Notes: generated from the sequence alone by a model not told the origin. Shown: positions 1 to 13,117, counted from the first letter of the whole stretch. The stretch is 63,690 bases of DNA, filler included, from Dicyema japonicum (GCA_011109175.1; 12 parts of 12 records of this genome joined end to end with filler, not necessarily neighbours in it); one strand, 5' to 3'. Translations and numbers: made by a program.

Positions 1-1
1 T

Positions 2-709
2 TCTAAAGTCGCAACAGTCCTTCGCGGGGTCCCTCAGGGCTCTGTACTAAGTCCCACACTCTTCAATGTGTTTATGGCCTCTGCGCCTATGCCAGCCAAT
101 GCTCGTACTGAAATGGTGATCTATGCAGACGACATTATCCTCTGGGATCAGTCGATGAAACCGGAGTGTGCGTGTCGTAGGCTACAGGTTGCTGTGGATG
201 GACTTGTAAACTGGTGTGGGAGTAGGGGTCTAAAGATGTGTGCGGACAAGTGCAGTGTCCTTAAAGTCTGTAAAAAGACGAGGGGTTACACTAATTTTAT
301 CCCTAGGTTATCGCTGAGCGGGCCAGCAATCGCTGTAGTTGATCGGATGACTTACTTGGGCGTGCTCTTCAAGCAGTCCGGTAAGTTTGATGATCACATT
401 GCACGTACTAAAATGCGTGCAATGCAGCGATTAGGCGCGTTGCGTGCTTTCCACTTGAGGAGAGGTGCCTGGTTCCGCGTTTTTAACGCCATGGTGTTAC
501 CCGTATTGACCTACGGCGTCCATGCTTGGCACTTCTGCGAGGACAGGGAGAAGTACGTTGACGCGCTTAAGAAAGTCAGAAGACGAGCCATCCGGCTAGC
601 CTATGGCTTAGGATGGCGAGAGGAGCTCTCCAACGCCCAGGAATTGTCCCTCAAAGGCCTCCCTGAGGTCCTAGAGAAGATAATGACTGGGTGGCAGGTA
701 AGACGGTAA
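2..709 (+). mobile_element. Non-LTR retrotransposon reverse transcriptase, C-terminal part (5' end outside window)
   Basis: The frame is open from base 2: GVPQGSVLSPTLFN ... YADDII ... MTYLGV ... FNAMVLPVLTYG. These are RT domains 4-7 plus thumb. Confidence 0.85.
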
Positions 710-868
710 GTCCTAACCTGTGGTTGTGTAGAGAGGCGAGCGTGTGTGCTGGACTGAAAAGGCAGGAATGCCGAAGGTCATATGTTTTCTCCTAACAGCC
801 TCTCTAATTTTAAAATAAAAATTTTTGTTGTCTAGTATTTAGAGTTTGATCTTAATAAAAAAATTTTT

Positions 869-2107
869 AAATATAATACTCTCGATTCGTTTCTGAAAGG
901 GAAAATAATTGCGCCATACGACTTAAATATGTCCTATATTAAAATTTTTAAAGAAACCGGTGTTCCATATTCAAAAGTATAAAATTTTATCAAAGAGTAC
1001 ATTAAAACTGGTTCACATGCCCGCCAACATGGTCTTGTAAGACCATCAATTTTGAATAATGTACAAATTAATCATTTGGTGCGCACATTAGATGAAAATT
1101 CATCTTTAACTGCCTCTGAACACTCTAATGAAATAGAAAGTTTTTTGGTACACGTTTCTCGTCTCGAACCATAACACGAAATTTAAATAGCAATGGAATT
1201 TTCGAAAAAATTGCAAAGAAAAAACCACTTCTACCAAAAAACACATGATTTCCAGATTCGAGATCGTCAAAAAATTTCTTAAAATTTCAGACCATGATTT
1301 TAGATCAATAATTTTTTCTGATAAACGTATTTTTGGACTATTACCGACCCAAAAAAGACAAATTGTGTATAGAAAACAATTTGAAATGAATAAATCCGAA
1401 AATATTACTCCAACTGTCAAATTTGGAAAAGGTAAATTGTGATTTAATAAAAAAATAGCGAAAGTCAGGGTGTGGGGTTGTTTTTCCTATTACAGGGTAA
1501 ACGATTTGGCATTTATAGACAAGAGGCTTAATTTTGCAAAACATCAATATATTTTGACTGATAATTTGCCACATTCTGCACAAAAAATGGGGATTGTTGA
1601 CTATATTTTTCAACATGACAACGCTCCCAGCCATATATCAAAAATGATTATTCAATATTTTTGCGAAAACATATTAAAAAATTAGAATGGCCTTCGCAAT
1701 CTCCGGATTTAAATCCGATAGAGCATTTGTGGGCTTATATGAAGGTACAAATTAGGCAAAGAAAAAATGAGAACATTCAGGCACTAAAAGAAAATCTATT
1801 AGATATTTGGAATTCTATTCCGACAAAAACACTTGAAAAATTAGTTGAGTCAATGAAAAAAAAAGTGTTGGGAGATCTATTCGGCAAAAGGAGGTTATTC
1901 TACACATTAATCTCACGATAACCAAATTTTATGCAATGAAAGTCGTTGTTTTTTCCAAATTTCTTAGACAAAATTTCAAAATTTAAATAATTAAATTAAT
2001 TTTATCAATTTTATCAGATTTTAAAATATCTCGGAAGAAAAAATTAAATCATTCTTTGTATAAATTAAGTAAGTTGATGATTCACCAATATTTATGTCGA
2101 GGGTGTA
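869..2107 (+). mobile_element. Tc1-like transposon, degenerate transposase plus right end
   Basis: Frameshifted pieces include IIFSDKR, FQHDNAPSH and WPSQSPDLNPIEHLW (DD34E-type motifs), plus an HTH-like N-terminal part. The putative right TIR is ccaatatttatgtcgagggtg followed by TA at 2106-2107. No left TIR was found. Confidence 0.85.
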
Positions 2108-2172
2108 TATCCTCCTGCTAATGATAGATTATTAAAAATGGTCTAGGTCCTAGACCATTCTAGACTCTAGGA

Positions 2173-2470
2173 CAGTGTTTCTTAGCGTAGTCCCCAAAAA
2201 ATTTTAGGTGGTCCCCAAAAAATATTTTTAAGTCAATTAATTTTTTATGACTAAAAAAAATTATGAGTCACAGTTATGATAGGGCATCGTTCTGGGTTTT
2301 GTCACATTGGTGAAAGAAGTAGCACCACCATGTAATTACGAAACAACTGCGGGATTCATATAAAATGCACTCGCTACAAAAACTCTGCCATTTGAGCTAA
2401 AAAATGTACTTGATTCAACAGTCATGATTGTTAATTATATTGGAGGTAGGGCTAAAAATCATCGAAAAAT
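2173..2470 (+). mobile_element. hAT Buster/Charlie-type element end with transposase remnant
   Basis: Starts CAGTGTTTCTTAGCG after the 8-mer ctctagga (nnnTAnnn target). The internal frame GFVTLVKEVAP...ALATKTLPFELKNVLDSTVMIVNYIGGRAKNHR resembles ZBED5/FAM200 transposases. Confidence 0.6.
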
Positions 2471-2872
2471 TGTCACTGTGGATATATGATTGACTGGACT
2501 GAGTATCCTTCAATTTTTTGACTTTGACTGATTCCGTACTTGTTATAGTAATGCAAATAAATACATCTCACAGCTTCGTCATGTCTTCTGACATAATCGC
2601 TGTTGACTATTATCCCACAACGGGCTGCCAATTGACCAACGGTTTTTTTGCTTCTCTTTAATTTCTACCGACTCAGATTTTTATTTTTTTTCTATAATTT
2701 ATATATTTTTTACAAATCCATTCCAAATAAAAAAATCAATTCTAAATAAAAAACTAATTTATGTAATGTAATGTAACAAATAAGTGGACACAATTTATAA
2801 GTTTCTAATAAATCTTTATTTAATGCTTGAATAAAATACAATAACCACGTTTTCACAAAAAAGTAATATATG

Positions 2873-2997
2873 TTATTGAGTATTCTCACTTTCTTCAGGA
2901 TCTTCATTTTTATCATTTTCTTCGGATTCTAGACTTTCTTCAAATTCTTCACTCTCTTCAAGTTCTTCACTTTCTTCATTTTCTTCTGGTCCTTCAC
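2873..2997 (-). CDS. Acidic low-complexity C-terminus of an unknown protein (remainder in N gap)
   Basis: EGPEENEESEELEESEEFEESLESEENDKNEDPEESENTQ* built from GAAGAAAGT-like units. Confidence 0.35.
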
Positions 2998-3999
2998 NNN
3001 NNNNNNNNNNNNNNNNNNNNNNNNNNNNNNNNNNNNNNNNNNNNNNNNNNNNNNNNNNNNNNNNNNNNNNNNNNNNNNNNNNNNNNNNNNNNNNNNNNNN
3101 NNNNNNNNNNNNNNNNNNNNNNNNNNNNNNNNNNNNNNNNNNNNNNNNNNNNNNNNNNNNNNNNNNNNNNNNNNNNNNNNNNNNNNNNNNNNNNNNNNNN
3201 NNNNNNNNNNNNNNNNNNNNNNNNNNNNNNNNNNNNNNNNNNNNNNNNNNNNNNNNNNNNNNNNNNNNNNNNNNNNNNNNNNNNNNNNNNNNNNNNNNNN
3301 NNNNNNNNNNNNNNNNNNNNNNNNNNNNNNNNNNNNNNNNNNNNNNNNNNNNNNNNNNNNNNNNNNNNNNNNNNNNNNNNNNNNNNNNNNNNNNNNNNNN
3401 NNNNNNNNNNNNNNNNNNNNNNNNNNNNNNNNNNNNNNNNNNNNNNNNNNNNNNNNNNNNNNNNNNNNNNNNNNNNNNNNNNNNNNNNNNNNNNNNNNNN
3501 NNNNNNNNNNNNNNNNNNNNNNNNNNNNNNNNNNNNNNNNNNNNNNNNNNNNNNNNNNNNNNNNNNNNNNNNNNNNNNNNNNNNNNNNNNNNNNNNNNNN
3601 NNNNNNNNNNNNNNNNNNNNNNNNNNNNNNNNNNNNNNNNNNNNNNNNNNNNNNNNNNNNNNNNNNNNNNNNNNNNNNNNNNNNNNNNNNNNNNNNNNNN
3701 NNNNNNNNNNNNNNNNNNNNNNNNNNNNNNNNNNNNNNNNNNNNNNNNNNNNNNNNNNNNNNNNNNNNNNNNNNNNNNNNNNNNNNNNNNNNNNNNNNNN
3801 NNNNNNNNNNNNNNNNNNNNNNNNNNNNNNNNNNNNNNNNNNNNNNNNNNNNNNNNNNNNNNNNNNNNNNNNNNNNNNNNNNNNNNNNNNNNNNNNNNNN
3901 NNNNNNNNNNNNNNNNNNNNNNNNCTCGACATTGCATATAGATTCGATCTTCGAANNNNNNNNNNNNNNNNNNNNNNNNNNNNNNNNNNNNNNNNNNNN

Positions 4000-4011
4000 T
4001 TAATTAATTAA
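4000..4011. other. Artificial scaffold linker TTAATTAATTAA in N padding. Also at 7727, 15465, 22240, 46663, 50826, 52199, 54385, 55815, 57672 and 61100
   Basis: An identical 12-mer with stops in all six frames, always flanked by about 44 Ns on each side; 11 copies. Confidence 0.99.
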
Positions 4012-4279
4012 NNNNNNNNNNNNNNNNNNNNNNNNNNNNNNNNNNNNNNNNNNNNTAACCATAGTAGAACTGTGCAACGTATTATTTGTTTAATAATAGT
4101 ATCAGAAATGATCAAAGTTAACTAATTTGCTAAAATCGTTGATTTCTAAAAAAATACAAAAGAGAAAACACAGAATCCAAACAAAGAAAATTATGAACTA
4201 AAAAAGTGTTGTAAATGAAGACGACTCTGTGAATGATAGTAACAAAATCACCAATTCATTAGAAATTATGGACATTACT

Positions 4280-4900
4280 CCAACTCGTTGTCCCTTTCAA
4301 GTAACTCCACAGGAATATTTTGGATAAAGAATTTACTACATAATCTTGTCGAATAGATAAACAAATATTTTAAAAACTGAGACGCCATCATGCTGAATTT
4401 ACCAATGAAGCCGAGTCTTCTATTATTACCACATATAAGAATAACCGACAAGCAAGACATATCTGAGAGTTTTTGAAGTTAACAATCTTTTCGTTTGTTT
4501 TTTGCAATAATTTATTATATGACCGATCATGAAGTCTGGGTGGCCCCAGTATATTAAGACCTATATCCATCATATTGATGAGTGACGGAGGTATGATCCG
4601 TTCGACTTAGTAAAAGGCGTAGAGTTTTATCACGTAAAAGCTGATTTTGTCCAACCAATCAATATTCTACTGAGTAGTGTGTCTTTGCGACCAGATATTG
4701 ATGGATTATTCTGTTTTATTCCGAAAGTTTGAGTATCTTAAGTCTTCTATCTATCAATAAGGAGCAACAAAAAATTTGATATTGATATAAATTTTTCAAT
4801 TATGGGAGTGCATCTATTGGTATTATGTTGAATATTAATTAATCATAGTCTCCGTTCGAGGCTCCCAATCCCATCTATCAGTTACATATATTTTTAAATT
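4280..4900 (-). mobile_element. Possible heavily degraded rve-type integrase remnant
   Basis: Broken frames DWLDKISF and NSTP resemble the W..L..I.F.YN.TPH region of DDE integrases. There are many stops. Confidence 0.25.
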
Positions 4901-6484
4901 GATACAGATTTTGCAGAGTGTCATTTTCTCAATTTCGTAGAAACTGAATTTGCGATAATTTTTTACATTCTCATTTCTGATGTTAATCTCCACTGAATAA
5001 GGCAGATAATGAAATGGAAGATTTTGTTAGTTGGAGGTCACAGAAATGTACTTTGGTTATAAATAATAGTATAATCAAACAAAATTAAAACTCCCGAATG
5101 AACGAGTATGCAGCAGTAACGAGTGTCTCCACAATAATCACATCAGGGGTTGTAAAGAAGGCAATGGGTAAATCGAAAAATTAAATAAAACATTGAAATA
5201 TATCCTTAAAGTCCCAACATATCAACTTCAAATGGATTACTATTGTGGAAGAAAACAAATGTGCATTCTATAGAAGATTCAGATACGTTGCATGTATACC
5301 ATTACACGGATGAAAAAATAAGAACTTCATGGAACAAATTAGCATAAACGACTACCATAGAAGAAATTAGAACAAATTCATAGAATAAAGTAGAACAAAC
5401 GGGGACGATTATTTTTGTTTGTTATCAATCCAATGATGTTTCACATTACAGACTGAAAGGGTGAGAGTAAGAAAAATCAATATTTTTATATAATTTCTTC
5501 ATAATTAAAATAAACGTAGAGAATTGATGAATCAAAAAATGACTTATGAAGAAATATTGTTATAAAGTACATAAAAATACAAAAAGAACATTTCACATAT
5601 GAGGGACAATCATTACGTGTATAATAAATTTTATTATTTATGGTTGACCATATTAAAATATAAATTTTTCTAAAAAGAGCAGAAAATGAACTTGATAATT
5701 CAAACAGGTGAAATCATATCTAAAAGGGATATTTATTCTGAACAGGAATAAGTTGAAGGGGTAAAATCACTTAGTTCATTTATTTCTGATATTTATAATA
5801 AAATAATTTAAATAATATTCAGTTCATTGCTCAAAGTCCATTATATAGCTCTCATTCACTAATAGANNNNNNNNNNNNNNNNNNNNNNNNNNNNNNNNNN
5901 NNNNNNNNNNNNNNNNNNNNNNNNNNNNNNNNNNNNNNNNNNNNNNNNNNNNNNNNNNNNNNNNNNNNNNNNNNNNNNNNNNNNNNNNNNNNNNNNNNNN
6001 NNNNNNNNNNNNNNNNNNNNNNNNNNNNNNNNNNNNNNNNNNNNNNNNNNNNNNNNNNNNNNNNNNNNNNNNNNNNNNNNNNNNNNNNNNNNNNNNNNNN
6101 NNNNNNNNNNNNNNNNNNNNNNNNNNNNNNNNNNNNNNNNNNNNNNNNNNNNNNNNNNNNNNNNNNNNNNNNNNNNNNNNNNNNNNNNNNNNNNNNNNNN
6201 NNNNNNNNNNNNNNNNNNNNNNNNNNNNNNNNNNNNNNNNNNNNNNNNNNNNNNNNNNNNNNNNNNNNNNNNNNNNNNNNNNNNNNNNNNNNNNNNNNNN
6301 NNNNNNNNNNNNNNNNNNNNNNNNNNNNNNNNNNNNNNNNNNNNNNNNNNNNNNNNNNNNNNNNNNNNNNNNNNNNNNNNNNNNNNNNNNNNNNNNNNNN
6401 NNNNNNNNNNNNNNNNNNNNNNNNNNNNNNNNNNNNNNNNNNNNNNNNNNNNNNNNNNNNNNNNNNNNNNNNNNNNNNNNNNNN

Positions 6485-6710
6485 CCTCATCCGAGATACG
6501 AGACCTTGTACCTCCTTCCCGCAATTACGGCATCTGGCTCGACTCGCGGTCTTTCCAGGAATAATACGTTTTTATCGATGTGAACCCACAAGGCATCACG
6601 ATTTCGTTCAGACATTAAAAAATTTATATAATTTTTTTGATTTTTTTAATAATTTAAATCATTGATTTTTTTGTTGATTAAAATCAAATGATTTAAATCT
6701 AACAACCCTG
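6485..6710 (-). mobile_element. hAT transposon 5' end: TIR plus start of BED-finger transposase
   Basis: The minus strand begins CAGGGTTGTTAGATTTAAATC with repeated GATTTAAATC. ATG at 6615 gives MSERNRDALWVH..., and after one frameshift KTASRARCRNCGKEVQGLVSRMR (BED zinc finger). The element runs into the N gap. Confidence 0.75.
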
Positions 6711-6805
6711 ACATTAATCCATGCGGATGCATCCACGACTATATGGAAAGATGATATTTGTGAAAAACACTAATAATAATTTTGTGTCACCAATAGTNAT
6801 TATTT

Positions 6806-6888
6806 AAATTTTTTTGATTTTTTTAATGATTTAAATCATTGATTTTTTTTGTTGATTAAAATCAAATGATTTAAATCTAACAACCCTG
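6806..6888 (-). repeat. Second copy of the same hAT end, with a different flank
   Basis: About 83 bp nearly identical to 6628-6710. Confidence 0.75.
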
Positions 6889-8683
6889 TTCATATTTGAT
6901 CTCAATTACTAACATATCACAGGGGTGTCTTCACTAGGTGTGCCCACATAGCATAGTAATTAGTTCTGCTGTGATTCTCACATTGTTATCACTGTCTGGA
7001 TGGTCAATCACCAATGCTGAAAAATTTGGTGAATTGATTGGCCCATGTAGGATCTGACTATTCTGGTGTTTCCTTCAGTGATCTTCTGTTAAAATAAAAA
7101 GTTCTTTATTCCATGTCACGAAAAGTAAAGCTGCTTGACGGTCAAGTTGCGCTTTTTCTTCTAGAGAACTACATCCATATGCTGAAGCTCATATATAGCC
7201 TCTGATGTTACTTTCTTTCAGTCCCAGCGAGATATACTTGAAATGGACTACTTTTCCCAGCGAGTTATGCTTGAGTTTGTAAATTATGTTTTGAATTTCC
7301 GTTCTTCAGAAAATATTTTAAAATTCGACATTATAAAAACATTTTAAAATCTAATTTTCACAATATTGTCCAATCAATTACCTTAGCTGGATTACGTAAT
7401 AAATTATTTAATTTTATTAAAAAAATGTTATGATAACATATTGAAAAGGAAGAACCAAAGAATACTCTCTACTTTTTATTCTTTTTGTTTGGTGTAGGTC
7501 CGGTTCCTCAGTGAAAATTTTCACTGTTACCCTCATGAAACTGTTAACGAAGTTGTTGTAATGAGAGATCGCAACAACCTTGTTCTTAAAACAGATGGTA
7601 GAAGCTTCCAATCCTCCCCAAAAGTTAATTAGGATCATCAGTTGCGTTCCTTTATTACTTAGCTATTTGATCAGGAAAAATCNNNNNNNNNNNNNNNNNN
7701 NNNNNNNNNNNNNNNNNNNNNNNNNNTTAATTAATTAANNNNNNNNNNNNNNNNNNNNNNNNNNNNNNNNNNNNNNNNNNNNCACAGTAAGCAAAGTAGA
7801 CTGTCTCCTTGACAACAGCTAGAGATGCCATTAGGTTTTTCGACGTTCGTTACTTACTTTCGATATCATAGACCCAAATGATTTATAAAAGAGGTCGTTT
7901 TAGGCCCGAAGACTCCGCTCGTTTCGACAAAAGATGTACAAAGAATATGGCGGAGAGGCTGTCGTATTTTCTTATTTTGGAATTCTCTCGAATGTTCGAG
8001 CAGCCTCCCCAGTATTCAACGCTGATTCTGAAAGTCTCGACTGGGGAAAAGTGTCTATGAAAGCCAAATCCCAAATTCAAGCATTTCACCTGAAGAAGGG
8101 GAACTCAGTTATCCCGTTGAGTTACTTTCTATCCCCACGATTCAGGCCCACCAGTTCCAGAGATTTCCTGAATCCAGCTGCCTCAAAAGAGCCTATACCC
8201 CGTTACTGGTGGCATACCTTGGGAAACCGACCACTGCTGCGTCGGCAAGAAAGCGGGTGAAGCCCTTTGCAGTCCACAACCGTACGGATGAGGCTGGCAC
8301 AGCTCGACTCCGAGACGAAGGAAAGGCCAATTCGAAGGGCGTTTTCATTATATTCAAAAAGGGAACCAATTGAATATATGCCTTACAGTCGATCTCCGTC
8401 GAGACGTCTGGTGTGTTTTACCCCTGCACGTCAAAGTTTATCAGGTTAATGAGGGGACTTGCAGGACTGCGGAAGTGAGAGTCTAATAACATGATGGCTC
8501 TTTTTTAACATTGGACTTGCGATCATTAGGCAGTATCTCTATTACGTGCTCACTCCTGAAGGCCATAATGGAACTTTTTCCTAAAAATTGACTTTTATTT
8601 GTTTTTGTTAATTTAAGGCAATAAAGTTTATCATTTCAGAAATGTGAGTCACCCGGGCAATTACTAATACAGTCTATAGCCGC

Positions 8684-11039
8684 TTAACTTCTGTGATCGA
8701 CGGAGTACAGCTGGTCACGGCTAAATATGATCGTGGTAAAAATTCTATAAAAACACTTAAATGAGAGCTGGGTGGCGCAGTGTTTACGGTTGACGGCAAA
8801 AAACCTGATGGCCTCTAGGGCGACCACGGAAACGGGGGCCTCCAACATGAAGTAATCCTCCATGGCTACGTTCGCGGGGCATCTAGGTCCAGTCGCAGAA
8901 TATGGCCGAAAAGCCTCCATCGTGTATCCAGAATCTCATTAGAAATTTCTGAGGTCTTCGTCCTCTTATAAGAAGATTAGATGACATCCTCGTATCACTT
9001 CTTTCGAACATCATATGCCGTAGTTGGTCTCTATGAAACGCATTAAGCCTCTTCAGTTCATTTCTTGAGCAGGCCCAGGTACCAGCGTTATATAGTAGTA
9101 TGGGTTTCACTAGCGAGTTGTATAATCGAGTTTTTGTTATAATGTCAAGGCCCTTTTTGTGAAGCCAGATGTTCTTTAATCTGGAGAGGGCAGTTTGTGC
9201 TAGGGTTTTCCTTCTCGTAATTTCTTCATGGTCTCCTAGGAGGGAGCCAAGCTTTTTGCATTTGCGCCAGTACTCCTCCGTCCTTGTTTCTTCCCTCTTG
9301 AGTTCAGTTACGTCAGTCTTGTCCGGATTTACTGTTAGGAACCATTCGGCTAGTCTTCCAGACACTTCTTCCATCAAGCGGGTGAGCGGTATTTTGTCAT
9401 TTGAAGTAAAGTCTACGTCGTCAGCATACGCAATAATGTTTGTCTTTTCACCCATTATCGGTTTTGACTCCCGTAAAGCAGCTTCAAGGTATATGACAAA
9501 AAGTATAGGTGATAATGGGTCTCCCTGTGGAGTGCCAACAGTCGTCTCAAATCGGCGAGACAAGGCTCCCCGACTCTTACAGTGAGCCAAGTATCAGCTA
9601 GGAGGGTGGTGGCCATTCTGACAGTGGAAGCGTCTAGGAAACTTTCCAAAACCAGTATTAGCCTCCGTCTGTCGACAGAGTCGAAGGCCCTCGAAATGTC
9701 GATTCCGAGGATGGTTGTAGACATTTTGAACTTTTGAACGGCCGCAGATCTCCACTTGTGGGACCACAAAACATCGGAAGTAGATCTTCCTTTTCGGAAT
9801 CCGCTGTGGTATGGCGACAGAAAAGTATCTAGGCGTCCTTCCATCCTTTGTAATGTTATGTTCGCCAGAATTTTCCGAAGTGAATTCATTAATATGACCG
9901 GACGGAGGTTCTCCACCTTAGATCTTGGTTTATTCGCCTTCTGTACAGGTATCAAAATACCCTCTCCCAGGGTCAGCGTTAGACCATAATAGTACATTTC
10001 ATTCAGGATCCTAGCGATGCATTCATACAGCTTTTGGGTTCCATATTTGAAGAATTCACCACGAGTCCGTTGGGGCCAGGAGTCCTGTTGTTTTTCAACC
10101 TGGAACTCGCAAGTTCAACTTCATATGGTGTGATTTCTCGTCCAATTTTCCTCGTTCTAGGATGATAGTGTTGTTCCTTGGGTTAAAAAGTTTTCCAAAG
10201 TGGGCAGCGATAATTTCAGCCACTTCCATTTGGTCCACAATTTGCGTTCCTTTGTCATCTCTTATCATTATCGGTTGATGGGATCTCCTTCCTTTTATCT
10301 GTTTCACAGCCTCGTAGAATCTAGCGTTGTCCTTGAGAGATTCTATCTTCTTAATCTGGTCCAGTGCTTTATTTCTGTTATGCTGGCGTATAGTTTTTCT
10401 TTCTAGCCGCAATTTTGATTTTACGTTCGAATCGTCAGTATTTTGATATAGCATCCATATGGTCTTCTGTTTATTGGCAAGGTCCTTCACCGTGTAAATT
10501 TCATTGTGCGATGGGGTTTTCTCATTTTCTTTCAATAGATGCAGATTGGCTCCTTTATGTATTGACTGCTTTACAAAATACCAGGATTTTCCGGGCGGCA
10601 AATCTGTAGGCATGTGTTCTAGTTCTGCATCCAGATATTCTTTGAATTCTAGGGCCCCTTCTGATTGACTGATTAAGGATTCCAAATTTTAACGTCTATA
10701 GTTGAGCTCTGTGGTTTCAATGTGCTTCCTTTTCGTTCTTTGTAGTACCATAAATCTCTTTAGAGAAAGTCTAGCAATAACCATTTTGTGGTCGCTGTCG
10801 ATAATCGATCCACCATAAGCTCGTGCATCAAGTATAATTCCTCGATCTTTTTGCCTGCATATGATATAGTCGATCTGGTTGTACATATTTATCACTCGCC
10901 CTTCGGGGTTTGTTCTGTGTCCCGACCACGTAGATTTATGTCTGGCTGGATGCATGAAGGCTGTATTGCATAAAAATAGGTTGTTTGTTTGACAGAAGTT
11001 AGCTAGTAGCTCGTTCATTTGTTTGGTCGCTACTTCCAC
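8684..11039 (-). mobile_element. RTE-like non-LTR retrotransposon (APE C-terminal part plus RT), frameshifted
   Basis: APE motifs NQIDYI and SDHKMV. RT motifs NLRPVILMN, HSGFRKGRST, IDISRAFDSVDR, GTPQGDPLSPILF and YADD, then KPILLYNAGTW. Split over 4 ORFs. Confidence 0.9.
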
Positions 11040-13043
11040 TGTCGAGTGTGCGAAACTCTCTCAGCAGGACTCCACAGACTTGTAATATGGCACTGCCATT
11101 CCTGTCCTCACTTGCACGAACATCGATCTATCTCCTGAATATCTTGCCACTGTGGATCCAGAATCTTCTATGTCTAATTCCGAACGCCGTTCCTCTTGGA
11201 CTATTCCAGTGAGAATCCCAGATGCCGCACTCATCTTAGCTGCCGAGGTGCTTTCCAATACAATTGAAGATACCCTCTGTCTAACTCGATACAGGACTGA
11301 GTACAGCTGTTTAGTATTGCACCCTTAAGGCACTTTCTCTTCAAATGGACCGCGCAAACCAACTTTGACGTCTACGACATTCTGTTAGATAAACACCCAC
11401 CACCGCCATACGATCAGCGTCTCTGCATTTACTCTCCCGGAGTGACCCCCTATCGGCGAAGTGGTTATTTTCCCAATATTGAGTTTTTCCCATTAGCAGT
11501 GGCCGTCTTAACGGATTAAGGTCTGGTCATCTACAAGTTTTGACTAGGAACCAGTACGTCGTCTTTCTAATTAGATTACCAACCTCAAAAACCGAATTTT
11601 TGGGAGATCTACCAGGGATGTTCCGCCATGTCCTGTTTTCGTTCGATCGTTTCGCTTTGTTTTCAGGAGGTTAGCTGCGAATACTACACTCACACTGTCA
11701 AAGTCCTAAGTCCCCTTCAGTTGAGTACGTCTCGAAGTGGGCTCAGTGCACTCCGACTGTATCTCCAAAACCGCAGTATTGGGAATATAAGCAAATTGGA
11801 CTTAAAGAATGCTTCTAACAGTTTGAGAAGGACTATATCTGGAAGCCTGTAAGGAAAGATATTCGCCTTCTTCGATATGGTCAACCAATACTATAGAAAC
11901 TAATTACCTCTTCTCTCGACACTTGCTTAATGGGTTCGACCTAATGGTGCAACTGTGTGAACCTCAAGGACCTCTTCTTTTCTTGGTATAAAGAAATAAC
12001 CCAACTTCTTCCCCTCTAAATTTAGTATCTTGACGATGTAGCCCTTGGAGAATCCCCAAGACATTCTTACGTGATCTGGGAAGTGTGATTCCTACCTTGT
12101 TCTCAGGTCTGAACTGCAATACGGATAAGTACGAAATCTAATTGTGGGCTTCCTGATATTGATTTTTCAATAGGCCTTTGTCTCGACTTCTCGATGAATT
12201 TCTACTACAGACTAAGACCTTATATTCCAATCATAGTAATAAGGAAAGTTCTACGTGACAAGCAAAGTAGAATAATGGATCTTTATGTTTATGATTACAT
12301 ACCTCATATCGTGCAAGCAAATACAGAGGCTTTCATATTCATCAGAACTGTTCCTGTTTCACCTAATGTGACTGACTCGCATACATTGGCGGGATTTTTC
12401 TCACCAACGGAGTATATCTTCAATGTCCAATTTGAGAAAGCTTTAGGTTGCACTTCTAATTAGAATGGGCGTTCAGGTAATTCGCTGCTTTAAGGACATT
12501 TGTCTCATCCGAAACCTCTCGTCACTGATGGCCTACGATACCTTTGTCAAGAGGATTCTACACTTTTTCCCAAAATTTATTACTGACCAGGATGTCGGCC
12601 TGGATTCGTACTTCCTGTTTCTTCTTTTTTCCTAGAAATCTCAACAGAGACTTAAGATGCAATGAAGTTATGAAATGTATCCATTCGTGACCAAACAGAA
12701 AATATCAAGAAATTTGAAGAGACATCCAGTTTAGTCTGAAATATCGCCCAAAATGTGTCGATACATCAATATTGACTGAAACAAACATGCGGGAAATCAA
12801 AACAGGTATAGTTGCGTATAATATTTTTTATTGAGTTTAAGTTACTATACTATCCGGGTTGATAAGACCAATTTATAACTTGAAACATTAACAACCACTA
12901 ATTTTTTTCAAGAGAAACAAATAGATAAAAGTTAAATCCCCAAGAAAAATAGAAATGTTAGATTTCCGAGGAAAGAACCGAAATATAAGGTTAAATTTTT
13001 ATTAAAATAAAAATAATATTTAAATATATTTTTTGTGGTGCGT

Positions 13044-13117
13044 AATAGCTGGGTGGCATAGTGATTAGGTGTTGGGCTAAAGTGGCTTAAGCTACGGGTT
13101 CGATTCTCGCTGCTATT
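13044..13117 (+). ncRNA. tRNA-like sequence (pseudo-tRNA or SINE head)
   Basis: A-box-like TGGCATAGTGATTAG, B-box GGTTCGATTCTC, a partial T and anticodon stem, and complementary ends aatagc/gctatt over 74 nt. Loop positions are non-canonical. Confidence 0.35.

Noticed and set aside
4000-4011. Recurrent TTAATTAATTAA as a biological motif
   Set aside because: Always embedded in fixed N padding; it is an assembly linker with stops in six frames.
4608-4619. U5 snRNA loop-1-like CGCCTTTTACTA on the minus strand
   Set aside because: The flanking stem is weak, there is no downstream Sm site, and the region reads better as integrase debris.
7417-7638. 73-aa ORF (FWGGLEASTICFKNKVV)
   Set aside because: It could be an exon of a real gene at a scaffold end, but I recognise no family and cannot support a call.
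11260-12800. Possible gypsy integrase zinc-finger remnant on the minus strand
   Set aside because: Only loose H...YW similarity with many stops; left unassigned as probable TE debris.
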